Assembly: GCA_964523575.1 (NCBI GenBank)
Contig: CAZGAV010000006.1
Span: forward strand, 6,222-70,221
DNA from: an uncultured Ignavibacteriales bacterium
GTDB taxonomy: Bacteria; Zixibacteria; MSB-5A5; GN15; JAAZOE01
Reading direction: 5' to 3'
Length of the DNA stretch: 64,000 nt
The position numbers and the translations under genes are program-made. The notes below the pieces were generated by a model. That model was not told the origin of the DNA, ran no database searches, and worked only from the letters and a program-made list of their open reading frames with translations. Below, in pieces: positions 45,330 through 55,616 of the stretch. The stretch's first letter is position 1. Each line of letters starts with the position of its first letter.

Positions 45330-45920
45330 TCAATAATACGGGTTGGCGCCGGCGGTGTGGTCGGTCACGTCAACCACTTCGGTCACTTCCGGAACTCGGT
45401 CGCGGATAATCTGTTCGATACCATGCTTCAGAGTGTATTTGGCCGAGGCGCAACCCTGACAACCGCCGCTGAGGGTAACGAAAATCGTCGTTCCCTGAAC
45501 GTCGATCAATTCGACACTGCCGCCATGCGAAGCCAAACCGGGATTGAGTTCCTCGTCGATGACTTCCTGGACTTCGGCCCGTAATTTTTCGTTAGTGGGA
45601 ACTTTGGCTTTGATTTCGGGGGAAATCAACTGCCCGCCGGCCTTTACCTTCTCGCGGATAATACCGCCGATTTGGCGGGCCAGGTCATTCCATTCATCAT
45701 CGGTTGCCCGAGCCACCGTAATGGTGCCGCCGGCCACCATGACCTGACGGACGCCCTCCAGTCCAAAGAGCGCCTCCAGCAGAGGCGATCCCTGAGCCAT
45801 TTCCTTACTGCTGCAATTGACGATGCCGTCATACAGCGGCCGATCGACGTGGAAGTTGCACACGCGGGCATCCATCTGCGGTTCGGCAATGATTCTGATT
45901 TCGTCGTTTGTGGCAGACAT
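45330..45920 (-). CDS. Nfu/NifU-type Fe-S cluster carrier (Nfu_N plus NifU C-terminal domain)
   Basis: The C-terminal domain carries the CxxC motif in GGCQGCASAKYTLKHGIE. The N-terminal domain of about 90 aa is Nfu-like. Confidence 0.85.
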   Translation of the reverse strand: MSATNDEIRIIAEPQMDARVCNFHVDRPLYDGIVNCSSKEMAQGSPLLEALFGLEGVRQVMVAGGTITVARATDDEWNDLARQIGGIIREKVKAGGQLISPEIKAKVPTNEKLRAEVQEVIDEELNPGLASHGGSVELIDVQGTTIFVTLSGGCQGCASAKYTLKHGIEQIIRDRVPEVTEVVDVTDHTAGANPYY

Positions 45921-45938
45921 TATATCATCTCCGTTTAT

Positions 45939-47081
45939 CTAAACGCTGAATTTTCTATCGGCCGAATCCCGGCTTTTCTGCTCCAGGCTTTTCAACCGAT
46001 CAAATTTATACAGGCCGGTGTTATGGCCGTCCGAGAAAGTGATCCCGACGGCATAGCGACCGACTTTTTCGAATCCGGCGATTTTTATGTCGAGCCGAAT
46101 TTGTTTGGGATCCAGAGTCCTTTCGCCGGTGTCTTCGTTGACGCATTCGGCGCAGGGACAGCTGATCCGTAAATCGTAGGGGGCGTAGGTTCCGACATGA
46201 CCATCGGGCCATTCGACCACCAATTGTCCATCATCCGACAGACTAATCGCTTTGGGTTCGTCCCCGCCGGCAATAACTTCGGCAACCGCTTTCTTGAAAC
46301 GCCGGGCCACTTCCATAAAGGCCGGAATGGCCGGGGAATCGATCTTCTTTTCCAGAAGCGGCACGCCCTCGTCGCCGCTGGCCATCAATTCCGCATCGAT
46401 GGGAATGCCGCCGAGGAAATTGACACCCAGATCGGCCGCCAATTTTTCGCCGCCGCCCGTTTTGAAAATCGGGGTGTTCTGGCCGCAATGGGGGCAGGTA
46501 AAGCCGCTCATATTTTCGATAATACCGAGAATCGGCACGTTGACGTGCCGGAACATCTGCAGACCCTTATTGGCCACCCCCAGAGCAACCTGCTGAGGCG
46601 TGGTGACTATGATCGCCCCGGTCAGGGATGTCTGCTGAGCCAGCGTTATCTGGACGTCGCCCGAACCGGGCGGGAGATCAATCAAGAGATAATCGAGATC
46701 GCCCCACATGACGTTGCCCAGGAACTGCGAAACCATCTTGGAAGCCATCGGACCGCGCCAGATAACCGGCTGATCGTCGGACAAAAGGAGACCGATCGAC
46801 ATAAAAACCAGGCCATATTTCTTTATCGGAATGAGAAAATCGCCGCGCACTTCGGGTTGCTGGTTGCTGCCCAGCATCCCCGGTTGGCTGGGGCCGTAAA
46901 TATCGGCATCCAGCAGGCCGACTTTGGCGCCGGAGTTTTTGAGAGCGATGGCAAAATTGGTCGAAACCGTCGATTTGCCGACGCCGCCCTTACCGCTGCC
47001 GATGGCGATAATATGTTTGACGCCGGCCATCCCCTGAGACACCTCGGGACGCGGCTGATGTTGTTTTTTATCCTGAGCCAT
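45939..47081 (-). CDS. apbC: Mrp/NBP35 (ApbC) Fe-S carrier ATPase fused to a C-terminal DUF971-like domain
   Basis: Has the deviant Walker A GSGKGGVGKST and CPHC in the Mrp core. The C-terminus is LVVEWPDGHVGTYAPYDLRISCPCAEC...ITFSDGHNTGLYKFDRL. Confidence 0.85.
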   Translation of the reverse strand: MAQDKKQHQPRPEVSQGMAGVKHIIAIGSGKGGVGKSTVSTNFAIALKNSGAKVGLLDADIYGPSQPGMLGSNQQPEVRGDFLIPIKKYGLVFMSIGLLLSDDQPVIWRGPMASKMVSQFLGNVMWGDLDYLLIDLPPGSGDVQITLAQQTSLTGAIIVTTPQQVALGVANKGLQMFRHVNVPILGIIENMSGFTCPHCGQNTPIFKTGGGEKLAADLGVNFLGGIPIDAELMASGDEGVPLLEKKIDSPAIPAFMEVARRFKKAVAEVIAGGDEPKAISLSDDGQLVVEWPDGHVGTYAPYDLRISCPCAECVNEDTGERTLDPKQIRLDIKIAGFEKVGRYAVGITFSDGHNTGLYKFDRLKSLEQKSRDSADRKFSV

Positions 47082-47270
47082 GTTGTTTACTTACCTTCCT
47101 TCCAGGGCCTGATTGTCAACCCGCAAAATAGTAGTTTATCGCTTCGACTTGATACGCAATTATCTCTCAAAATGCAAGCCGCTGCACCACTTATTTTAAA
47201 TAACAATCGCTGAGGCCGGAAGTTCGCCATCGGCAAGGGAAATCGGCAATTTAACCAAACAAATTATAAA

Positions 47271-47729
47271 TTAGATAATATGGAATTTCAACTTGGGGCC
47301 GGTGAATAAAAATCCCTCCCGCTCATAGAATCGAACCGTCCGTTCCCATCGCGGTCCGGGCGGAGCGGTGACATCGATTCTTTTCCAGCCGCGGGAACGG
47401 CCAAAGTCTTTGACCGTTTCCAGCAATTGCCGACCGATTTTACGAGAACGATATTCGGGAGCGACGTAGAGTTCATTGATGATCCCGAAACTTCCCCCGG
47501 CATAAATGGCAAAGCATTCGACCAGGGTAATGACTCCGGCGGCCTGATCTCCATCATAGGCTATAAAGGCAACAAAACGATCGGAGACGGAATTCCAATC
47601 ATTTATCACCTTGTCGCGGTCGATCATGGCCGAAACCTCGGAATTTTCGCGCAATTCGAAAAGAAGTTTCTCGACCAGGGCAAAAACCGTTTCGGCCTGC
47701 TCAATTCCGGCCGGTTTGATAACAATCAT
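47271..47729 (-). CDS. GNAT-family N-acetyltransferase
   Basis: Has acetyl-CoA motif A, LYVAPEYRSRKIGRQLLETV. Confidence 0.75.
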   Translation of the reverse strand: MIVIKPAGIEQAETVFALVEKLLFELRENSEVSAMIDRDKVINDWNSVSDRFVAFIAYDGDQAAGVITLVECFAIYAGGSFGIINELYVAPEYRSRKIGRQLLETVKDFGRSRGWKRIDVTAPPGPRWERTVRFYEREGFLFTGPKLKFHII

Positions 47730-47731
47730 GT

Positions 47732-48913
47732 CTAAAGACCTCCTTCACTCAAACCTGAGGCGTCCTCCAGCCGCCTGATCTTCCCCCGGCCGGGGACTTT
47801 TAGAGCAAAAACCATATCGATCAGGACAATAACGGCTCCGGCAATGAAGGTTGTTTTGTAGCCGAACATACTCCAGGCAATCCCGCCGATGACCGGAATG
47901 ATTATGGCCGTGACATGATTGGCGGTCATGCCGAATGACAGACACCCGGTCAAATCCTCGGGAGTGGATATTTTGCTCAGGTACGATTTCAAGGCGATTG
48001 ACGATCCAAAGAGGATATTATCCACCAGATAAAAGCCGATCAGGACCGGCAGAAAGGAGACATAGGCGTAGCCGGTGAAGATGAAGACGAGAATCAGCGA
48101 ACATCCAACCAGGACCCGGCGTTCGCCGATGCGGTCACTGAGATGTCCCAGATAACGGTTGGTGAAGATGGTAATGAAATTGTTGGCCAGCATCACCGAT
48201 GAAATGACGGTTATGTCCAGTCCATGATTTTTGACCAGCAGAAAGAGGGCGAAGGTAGTGAAAATATGCCGCCGGCATCCCCTGAGAAAGGACAGTGTAT
48301 AATAGAGCCAGTATTTTTTCTTGATCTGTATTTTGCGTGTTTCGGTTTCTCCGCGGTTAGGCGGGAGGGCCAGCATGAGGTACAAGCCGACCAGCGCCAC
48401 CGCGCCGCCGATGATATAAAAGGTCATCCGAAAATCAAGAAAAAGAGTCAGCAGGAGGACCAGTCCGGCGCCGACCAACCCGGCCATCGATTCGTATGAT
48501 GACAATTGGCCCTGGGCTTTGCCGATTCGGCTGGAATCGGAGATTGCCAGCAATTGAGAGGTATTGACCGGCTCGAAATAATGGAAGCCAAATGACATCA
48601 GGACCGTAGCCAGACCGAGGCCGACGATTGACGGCGCCACACCGCAGAGCAGGAGACCGAAGCCGACGATAAAAATCGCCAGAGCCGCTATTTTTGATTC
48701 GGTGAAACGGACCGCCAGGGCGCCGGCACCGAAAGCCAGAAGACCGGGTATTTCCCGTACAGACTGAATAACGCCGACGTCAGTCGGTGAGGCATTGAAA
48801 ACATCGACGGCGAAATTGTTGAACATGATACGCCAGGCATAAAAGCCGATCCAAGTCACGGCGGCCGAGAGGGTGATGGTAACAACGGAGACTTTCTTGA
48901 TTCCCAGAGCCAT
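47732..48913 (-). CDS. MFS transporter
   Basis: 393 aa with about 12 TM segments. The inter-domain loop is GHLSDRIGERR. Confidence 0.75.
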   Translation of the reverse strand: MALGIKKVSVVTITLSAAVTWIGFYAWRIMFNNFAVDVFNASPTDVGVIQSVREIPGLLAFGAGALAVRFTESKIAALAIFIVGFGLLLCGVAPSIVGLGLATVLMSFGFHYFEPVNTSQLLAISDSSRIGKAQGQLSSYESMAGLVGAGLVLLLTLFLDFRMTFYIIGGAVALVGLYLMLALPPNRGETETRKIQIKKKYWLYYTLSFLRGCRRHIFTTFALFLLVKNHGLDITVISSVMLANNFITIFTNRYLGHLSDRIGERRVLVGCSLILVFIFTGYAYVSFLPVLIGFYLVDNILFGSSIALKSYLSKISTPEDLTGCLSFGMTANHVTAIIIPVIGGIAWSMFGYKTTFIAGAVIVLIDMVFALKVPGRGKIRRLEDASGLSEGGL

Positions 48914-49004
48914 AATCGGCCCAAGATACTAAATCCCGGTGAAAGGGGTTAACGAAAAATCTGCCGGACAAAGCTTGCAGGCCGGAAATTTTATAATGGT
49001 CCGC

Positions 49005-49835
49005 TCAGCCGAGGGCGACGTCGAGGATCATCATGACGGCGAAGCCGATCATGACGCCGGAGGTGGCGGCATGAGAATGACCGCCGGTCTGGGATTCAGG
49101 GATAAGCTCTTCGGCGACGACGAAAATCATGGCTCCGGCCGCAAATGACAGCGCATAGGGCAGGATCGGGCGGGCGATTAACACCAGCCAGGCACCGAGG
49201 ACGCCGGCTATCGGCTCTACGATGCCCGATAATTGCCCATACCAGAAAGCCTTGAGACGAGTAATTTTTTCGCGCCGTAAGGGCATTGAAACCGCCAGCC
49301 CTTCGGGGAAATTCTGGATTCCAATTCCTATGGCCAGAGCGATAGCGCCCGCCAAATTGGCCGACGGCAACCCGGCGGCTACGGCGCCGAAGGCGACGCC
49401 CACGGCCAGCCCCTCCGGGATATTATGCAGGGTAATGGCCATTACCAGAAGGATACTTCGATGCCAGCTGGTGCTGATCCCCTCGGCTTCATCCATCGAC
49501 ATACTGGGGTGGATATGAGGCAAAATCATGTCGAGACCACGCAGAAAGATGGCACCGAGCAGGAATCCGGTCGCGGCCGGTATCCAGGCCGGAATGGGCC
49601 CATTTTCCGACATCTCAATGGCCGGGGCCAGAAGCGACCAGAAGCTGGCCGCAATCATCACTCCGGCGGCAAAACCCAGCATGGAATCCATTATTCGGCG
49701 TTTTGGCTCTTTGGCCAGAAAAACTCCGGCGGCGCCCAGCGCGGTCATCAGCCAGGTAAAGCAGGTCGCTACGAGGGCCTGCATGACCGGGCTCAATCCT
49801 TCGAACCATTGGGTCAGCGTCATGGAATCGGTCAC
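49005..49835 (-). CDS. zupT: ZIP-family divalent metal transporter
   Basis: Has [10 protein letters not shown] and [10 protein letters not shown] motifs and 8 TM segments. Confidence 0.85.
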   Translation of the reverse strand: MTDSMTLTQWFEGLSPVMQALVATCFTWLMTALGAAGVFLAKEPKRRIMDSMLGFAAGVMIAASFWSLLAPAIEMSENGPIPAWIPAATGFLLGAIFLRGLDMILPHIHPSMSMDEAEGISTSWHRSILLVMAITLHNIPEGLAVGVAFGAVAAGLPSANLAGAIALAIGIGIQNFPEGLAVSMPLRREKITRLKAFWYGQLSGIVEPIAGVLGAWLVLIARPILPYALSFAAGAMIFVVAEELIPESQTGGHSHAATSGVMIGFAVMMILDVALG

Positions 49836-50071
49836 CCCTTATCCGGTTGAAGCAAGTTCAGGGATATATTATGCTGGAATGAGGTTGAGCGAAAGGTTTT
49901 TCTTGAGGTTCGGTTCAGGCATCCTGTGCCTGTTCCAATGCTGGCTATAAGGCGACTGGAGGGCGGCAATTGGCCTCAGTTGGAATCAGTTGAGCCGGGC
50001 CGTAAATTTCGTTTATTATCTCAACGCAGAAGACAGATTGTCTACCGCGTGGATGTCCCCTATGTGATATT

Positions 50072-50102
50072 AAAAAGAGAAGGCCGGCGGGGCAACCGGC
50101 CT
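50072..50102 (-). terminator. Intrinsic terminator after the HisKA-only gene and the 38-aa ORF
   Basis: The stem AGGCCGG (50081-50087) / CCGGCCT (50096-50102) is followed by UCUCUUUUU on the minus strand. Confidence 0.7.
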
Positions 50103-50188
50103 GTCGGGTGAGAGGAGGGGAAATAGGGGGCTTGATATGGATGCAGTAAGGTTTTCTTCCCTGTGCATCGAAAGAGTGTCGATGGTTT

Positions 50189-50305
50189 CTATTTCAAAGT
50201 CGTCCGGCGCGTTCGTCTTCGCCGTTCTTTGGCAATCGCGTCGCGGGAATGACAGACGCCGGATTTGATTTTAGCCTGTACTCGAATTCGTTCCAGAATT
50301 TTCAT
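50189..50305 (-). CDS. Unannotated 38-aa arginine-rich ORF (MKILERIRVQAKIKSGVCHSRDAIAKERRRRTRRTTLK)
   Basis: It falls below the track length cutoff. Its ATG lies 1 nt after the upstream TAA. A GAGGAG RBS sits 5 nt upstream, within the last codons of the upstream gene. Confidence 0.35.
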   Translation of the reverse strand: MKILERIRVQAKIKSGVCHSRDAIAKERRRRTRRTTLK

Positions 50306-50306
50306 G

Positions 50307-51071
50307 TTACTCCTCGTTGCCATCGGTTTCCGGAGGTTCCTCATCGCCGGATAATTTTATCATCCATTCGCCGTCAACATAGGGAACGCGCGGGAGTTTT
50401 GAGACTTCTTTCAGTTTGGCCGTGACTTTCTGGATTTTTTTGGCCGACTCCTGGATAACGATCAATTTTTTGCGGACATTCTCGGGCAGGCTTTCGAGTG
50501 TGTCCTCCAGCAATTCGAGGTTGCCCAGAAGCGGCGTCAGGTAATTGTTGATCTCATGGTTGACCCCCACGGCCAGATCTTCGACGGCTCGATTGGGGGC
50601 CGTGACCAAGGCCAGGATCGAGGCTAGAGCGCGGAGGAATTCATCATAATCATGAAGCCGGACTTTGTCCAGTTTGACGCCGACAAGAGCGCCGATTTGG
50701 CGGGATTCGAATTCGATGGGGAGAAAGAAAACCGACCGGACGGTCTCCCCGCCCAATTCGAGGTAAGCCGACCGGAGTTTGAATTGGCGGCGGAGCATCA
50801 TGAGCAAGGCGTTTTCGGTCTCTTCCATTATCTTCCGGTCGTCTTCGGTTCCTGCGGAGACAGCCCTGGTAATGATTTCATCGCCGCCATCCCACAAAAG
50901 CAGAGCGCCAGCCGCGAGTCCGATATATCCGACGGCTCCGGCCAGACCCTTCTCGGCGACGATCTCGATCGACTCGCCGGCCGCGGCGGCCAGAGCGGCC
51001 TGAGCCAGCGCCTGATATCGAGATTCCTCTTTGTGGGACAATTCGCTCATATCAAGAACCTGTTTGAGCAA
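50307..51071 (-). CDS. GAF-like plus HisKA (DHp) domain protein lacking a HATPase_c domain
   Basis: Has the H-box VNHEINNYLTPLLGNLELL followed by a helical X-region. The protein then ends in an acidic tail with no N/G1/F/G2 boxes. The track start is a TTG; the ATG at 51050 is an alternative. Confidence 0.6.
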   Translation of the reverse strand: MLKQVLDMSELSHKEESRYQALAQAALAAAAGESIEIVAEKGLAGAVGYIGLAAGALLLWDGGDEIITRAVSAGTEDDRKIMEETENALLMMLRRQFKLRSAYLELGGETVRSVFFLPIEFESRQIGALVGVKLDKVRLHDYDEFLRALASILALVTAPNRAVEDLAVGVNHEINNYLTPLLGNLELLEDTLESLPENVRKKLIVIQESAKKIQKVTAKLKEVSKLPRVPYVDGEWMIKLSGDEEPPETDGNEE

Positions 51072-51341
51072 AAGCTATGCCCTTGCCGGGAATTTATTCC
51101 AAATCGTTTTTGACAGACCGAGGCGAGTACAGTAGTATTGTCAATTGCCCAACCGCCTTTTCTCTTTATACTTACCGGCACCCAAATCTTTCCCGGCAAT
51201 CGTCTCAATCCTTGAGTCCCACGAACTCCGGAGACAATATGAAAAAGTTTTCATGATTTTTGCATCAATATAATGCTTTAGACATCTTGACATACCCGAA
51301 AAAAACAATAAATTAGGGGTTTTTCCTGCGGAGAAACGCGG

Positions 51342-52736
51342 ATGGCAGAAGAAATAATTCATGATAATTGCGGCGTCTTCGGGATCGTCGGCGCCAGGAA
51401 AGCCGCCGAACTGACTTACTTCGGCCTCTATTCCCTCCAGCATCGCGGACAGGAATCAGCCGGAATCGTGACCTCGGACGGAAATCGCTTATATCTTTAT
51501 AAAGGGATGGGGCAAGTTTCCGACGTCTTTTCGGAAGAGCTTGTTTTTGATCGTCTCAAAGGCAGTACTGCCGTCGGGCATGTCCGCTATTCGACCACCG
51601 GCGCCAGTTCCATTACCAATATTCAGCCATTTGTAATTACCAATCGCGACCGGATGCTGGCCGTGGCACATAACGGCAACCTGACCAATTCGCTTGAATT
51701 GAAGCAAAGGCTGGAAGCCAGCGGCTCCATTTTTCAAACCACGTCCGATACGGAAATCATCCTCCATCTCGTGGCCCGATCGCAGGGAGAAGACAATTTC
51801 AGTAAAATTTGCGAAGCCGTCAAGAAATTGAAAGGCGCCTACTGTTACCTCTTCTGCGAAGAGAACGGTATAATCGCCGCCCGTGATCCCTGGGGTTTCC
51901 GACCGTTGGCTCTGGGACGACTCAATGGTCACTGGGTGGTGGCTTCGGAAACCTGCGCCTTCGATATTATCGGGGCCAAATACGAGCGTGAAATCGAGCC
52001 GGGCGAAGTCCTCGAAATCACTTCCAATGGTTTACGCAGTTCTTTTCCGCATCGTAAGGTCAAACATGCTTTCTGCATTTTCGAATATATTTATTTCTCA
52101 CGTCCGGATTCAATCATATTCGGCGAAAACGTCGATAAGGTCCGGCGGCGGCTGGGACGCCTGCTGGCCCGGGAGCATCCGGCCGAGGCCGATATCGTCA
52201 TCGGTATCCCCGACTCGGCCAACACAGCGGCGCTGGGTTATTCGGAAGAATCCGGGATTAAATTCGAAATCGGCCTGATTCGGAATCATTATGTGGGACG
52301 GTCTTTTATCGACCCCGAGCAGAAAATCCGCGATCTCGACGTCAAAGTCAAATTCAATACAGTCAAAGGCGCTATCCAGGGCAAGCGGGTAGTACTGGTC
52401 GATGATTCCATTGTCCGCGGAACGACCTCCAAAAAACTGGTGCAGTTGGTGCGTCAGGCGGGAGCCAAGGAGATTCATTTCCGGGTTTCCGCGCCGCCGC
52501 TGATTTCCCCCTGCTATTTCGGCATCGATATGCCGACCAAAGACCAATTCATTGCCAACAAGAAAACCATCAAACAGATCGAGAAATACCTCAAAGTGGA
52601 ATCGCTGGGCTACCTCTCGGTCAAGGGTATGCTGGCGATGCCGTCATTGCCGGACGATAATTTCTGCGTCGGTTGCTTCACTTCCAATTACCCCATCAAG
52701 ATAGACGCCGTCAATAATAAGTTCCAGCTGGGCTGA
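51342..52736 (+). CDS. purF: Amidophosphoribosyltransferase
   Basis: Has the N-terminal nucleophile context NCGVFGIVG, a short propeptide, and the PRPP loop VVLVDDSIVRGTTS. Confidence 0.9.
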   Translation: MAEEIIHDNCGVFGIVGARKAAELTYFGLYSLQHRGQESAGIVTSDGNRLYLYKGMGQVSDVFSEELVFDRLKGSTAVGHVRYSTTGASSITNIQPFVITNRDRMLAVAHNGNLTNSLELKQRLEASGSIFQTTSDTEIILHLVARSQGEDNFSKICEAVKKLKGAYCYLFCEENGIIAARDPWGFRPLALGRLNGHWVVASETCAFDIIGAKYEREIEPGEVLEITSNGLRSSFPHRKVKHAFCIFEYIYFSRPDSIIFGENVDKVRRRLGRLLAREHPAEADIVIGIPDSANTAALGYSEESGIKFEIGLIRNHYVGRSFIDPEQKIRDLDVKVKFNTVKGAIQGKRVVLVDDSIVRGTTSKKLVQLVRQAGAKEIHFRVSAPPLISPCYFGIDMPTKDQFIANKKTIKQIEKYLKVESLGYLSVKGMLAMPSLPDDNFCVGCFTSNYPIKIDAVNNKFQLG

Positions 52737-52791
52737 TTTCCGCCCAACTAATTTTCCCTCCCGCCGATATAATGGGTAAAAAGACAAGCCG

Positions 52792-52819
52792 TTGACAATT
52801 GGCGGCAACTGCGTATATT
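52792..52819 (+). promoter_or_regulatory. Sigma70-type promoter for the S8/dockerin protease
   Basis: TTGACA (52792-52797) is followed by a 16-nt spacer and TATATT (52814-52819). Confidence 0.55.
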
Positions 52820-52883
52820 ATTATGTAGAGTAACCGGAGACGTTCATACCCCTATGTCTTGCCTTTTGGTACAGGTGCCCCGG

Positions 52884-55616
52884 ATGAAAAAAGCGGCGAA
52901 AATAATCTTGATACTGGCCCTGTGCGCTGGTTTTCCCGGCGCCTCCGCTGCCGCCGAGCGTCCGCCTTCCCAAAGGATAATCAACCGGAGTTCCGAAAAC
53001 CTGATTCCCCGGCAGGCGGCAGTCAAGCCTGCGACAGTCTCGATCGATCCCGGCGCTGAAATCGACCGGGTGATCGTCAAACTGACTGAGGGGTCGCGCG
53101 GAAGGCTGGCCGACGGCAGAATCCTTTCGCTTGGGGGCCGAAATCTGACAGAAATCAACCATATCGTTGACGCCAATTCGGCGGGTTCAATTCAGAGACT
53201 GACCGATAAGACTCCCGATCAGGTCGAGCGTCAGAAATTTCTATTGGAAAATAAATGCGGCCGCCAGCTGGCCGATATGAATAATTATTTCAGCATCCCG
53301 GTTTCATCGGCGGCCGAAGCGGAGAATTTGATAAGGCAATTGAATGCACGGCCCGAAGTGGAAATCGCCTATGCCGAACCGCGTCCGATCTACGCCATTG
53401 ATATCCCTCCCTCGACGCCTCACTATGACAGTCTCCAGTTGTATTTGCGGCCCGCTCCCACCGGGATTGACGCCGATTATTCCCGAACCATCACCGGTGG
53501 TGACGGTGCCGGGGTCAGGATTGTCGATATCGAGGGCAATTGGAAATTCGACCATGAGGATCTCGACGGAGCCGCCGGCGGCCTTATCGCCGGCGATCTT
53601 ATTGACGATCAGAATTGGCGCAATCATGGGACGGCTGTGATCGGTATTATGATCGGCGGCGACAACGGTTACGGCGTGACCGGTATTGTTCCCAACGCCA
53701 GTATCGGCATGGTTTCCATCGGAAGCATGAGCACGACTGAAGCGATTCTTATGGCGATCGACAGCATGGAGGCCGGCGATATATTGCTGATGGAGCTCCA
53801 CGCCCCCGGGCCGCGATACGATTTTTTGCCGCGCGACGATCAGATGGGTTATGTCTGCATGGAATACTGGCAGGGCAATTTCGATGCTTTTCAACTGGCC
53901 TGGGCCAAGGGGATTATCGTCGTCGAAGCCGCCGGCAACGGTTACGAGAACCTCGACGATGCTATTTATGAGAACCGCTTCGATACCACCTACCGCAATT
54001 CGCATGCTATCATGGTCGGCGCCGGGGCTCCTCCATCGGGCAATTACGGCCTCGATCGAGCCAAGATGGATTTTTCCAATTACGGTCATCGACTCAATCT
54101 TCAGGGATACGGTCAGGAAGTGGTTACGACCGGCTACGGACTTCTTTTCACGGGCGGCGGCGACGAGCGCCAGTATTATACCGGAGGTTTCAACGGCACC
54201 TCATCGGCGGCGCCGATGGTGGCTGGAGCAGTGGCGGCCCTGCAAGGGATATATCAGTTGCGATTCGGGGGAGCGATGCTTGATGCCGACCGCGTTCGTG
54301 ACGTCCTTTACGCTACCGGTACGCCGCAACAACCGTCCTCATGGTTGAATATCGGACCGCGGCCCAATTTACGGGCGGCTGATTCGGCTCTACCGGCCCC
54401 CCTGGAATTGAGTTTGAATCCTCTCTATTTCGATACCCTCGTCGAGGTCGGCACTCAAATATCGGTCTTCTTTGACATGACCAACCAGTCATCGGAAACG
54501 ACGCTGGAATATTCCATCACCGCCCTTGACAGTCTGGCCAAGAACCCTGTCGGCGATTGGCTCAGGGTGGCCAGTTCGACTGGGATGATTTCACCCCTTA
54601 ATCTTGAAACTGTGGAGGTGGTCCTTGACGGTACAATTATCGAAGACCGTTCGCAGATTTACAAAGGCCTGATTGAGATCAGCTACGGCGAGCAGGGTGG
54701 ATCAATGGACAAAAAGGCCGTAGTGCCGGTTTTCGTAACTGTTCCATGCGCTGATACGACATATGCCGTAAAATCTTCATCCGATCCCGAAGGAACTGAT
54801 TTTAATTGGATCGATATCACGACCATCGGCGCGAAAATTCAATCGTATTCATGGTACAACGATTTCGTCTCCGAGGAAATCCTTGATGACGGCACAGCCG
54901 GGCCGTTCTATATCGGTTTCGATTTCCCCTTCTATGACAGCGTTTACCATTATATTTATATCGGCGCCAACGGCGGCTTGTCATTGACCGACAGCGACAT
55001 CAACGTCGAAGGGTACTATGAGGCGGTGCCTATCCCCAACCCGCCTTTCGAGACATTTATCGCGCCTTTCTGGAATGATTTGAATCTTGATGTTCCCTCG
55101 GGCGGGCACGGTTCGGTTTATTTATATCGTCACGGTCCCGACAGCCTGGTCGTGGCTTTTCATAATGTCGCCGGTTACAGTTTCCCATCTGATACGAATA
55201 TTACCTTCGAGGCCATCCTGACCCGAAACGGCAACATCAAATTCCAATATCTTTCGGTCGGTGATTCGGGGATGGCCGATTCGGCCATTATCGGCATTTC
55301 CAAGTATGACTGCCAAGCGGCGCCTTATGTATTGGAAAGCGATCCGATCGAACATCTTGTGACCGACAGCACGGCTGTCCTGTTCGATTATGCCTATATA
55401 ATCTGGGAGATGTCCGGTGACGCCAATGGCGACGGCGACGTCAATATCGGTGACGCCGTCTATATGATAAACTGGATTTTCAAAGGCGGACCGGCGCCAA
55501 AAAATTTGAAAGAGGCCGACGCCAATTGTGACGGTAATCCCAACGTCGGCGACGCCGTTTATCTCATCAATTACGTCTTCAAATCCGGCCCGGCTCCATG
55601 CTCATATGAATTATAA
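52884..55616 (+). CDS. Secreted S8 subtilase with a C-terminal dockerin-like module
   Basis: The catalytic triad contexts are VRIVDIEGNW, HGTAVIGIM and GTSSAAPMVAGAVAAL. The start at 52884 (MKKAAKIILILALCAG...) gives a signal peptide. Confidence 0.85.
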   Translation: MKKAAKIILILALCAGFPGASAAAERPPSQRIINRSSENLIPRQAAVKPATVSIDPGAEIDRVIVKLTEGSRGRLADGRILSLGGRNLTEINHIVDANSAGSIQRLTDKTPDQVERQKFLLENKCGRQLADMNNYFSIPVSSAAEAENLIRQLNARPEVEIAYAEPRPIYAIDIPPSTPHYDSLQLYLRPAPTGIDADYSRTITGGDGAGVRIVDIEGNWKFDHEDLDGAAGGLIAGDLIDDQNWRNHGTAVIGIMIGGDNGYGVTGIVPNASIGMVSIGSMSTTEAILMAIDSMEAGDILLMELHAPGPRYDFLPRDDQMGYVCMEYWQGNFDAFQLAWAKGIIVVEAAGNGYENLDDAIYENRFDTTYRNSHAIMVGAGAPPSGNYGLDRAKMDFSNYGHRLNLQGYGQEVVTTGYGLLFTGGGDERQYYTGGFNGTSSAAPMVAGAVAALQGIYQLRFGGAMLDADRVRDVLYATGTPQQPSSWLNIGPRPNLRAADSALPAPLELSLNPLYFDTLVEVGTQISVFFDMTNQSSETTLEYSITALDSLAKNPVGDWLRVASSTGMISPLNLETVEVVLDGTIIEDRSQIYKGLIEISYGEQGGSMDKKAVVPVFVTVPCADTTYAVKSSSDPEGTDFNWIDITTIGAKIQSYSWYNDFVSEEILDDGTAGPFYIGFDFPFYDSVYHYIYIGANGGLSLTDSDINVEGYYEAVPIPNPPFETFIAPFWNDLNLDVPSGGHGSVYLYRHGPDSLVVAFHNVAGYSFPSDTNITFEAILTRNGNIKFQYLSVGDSGMADSAIIGISKYDCQAAPYVLESDPIEHLVTDSTAVLFDYAYIIWEMSGDANGDGDVNIGDAVYMINWIFKGGPAPKNLKEADANCDGNPNVGDAVYLINYVFKSGPAPCSYEL
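55416..55613 (+). other. Dockerin-like double-repeat module (copy 3 of 3)
   Basis: The module reads GDANGDGDVNIGDAVYMINWIFKGGPAP...ADANCDGNPNVGDAVYLINYVFKSGPAP. Confidence 0.75.

Noticed and set aside
46197-47213. A 338-aa plus-strand ORF.
   Set aside because: It is antisense to the Mrp/ApbC gene, whose Walker A and DUF971 motifs fix the coding strand.
51072-51341. A riboswitch (purine/ZTP/PRPP) in the 270-nt region upstream of purF.
   Set aside because: I found none of the conserved cores by eye. The region is a divergent promoter spacer with TTGACA-N17-TAGTAT (from 51109) and a second TTGACA near 51288.
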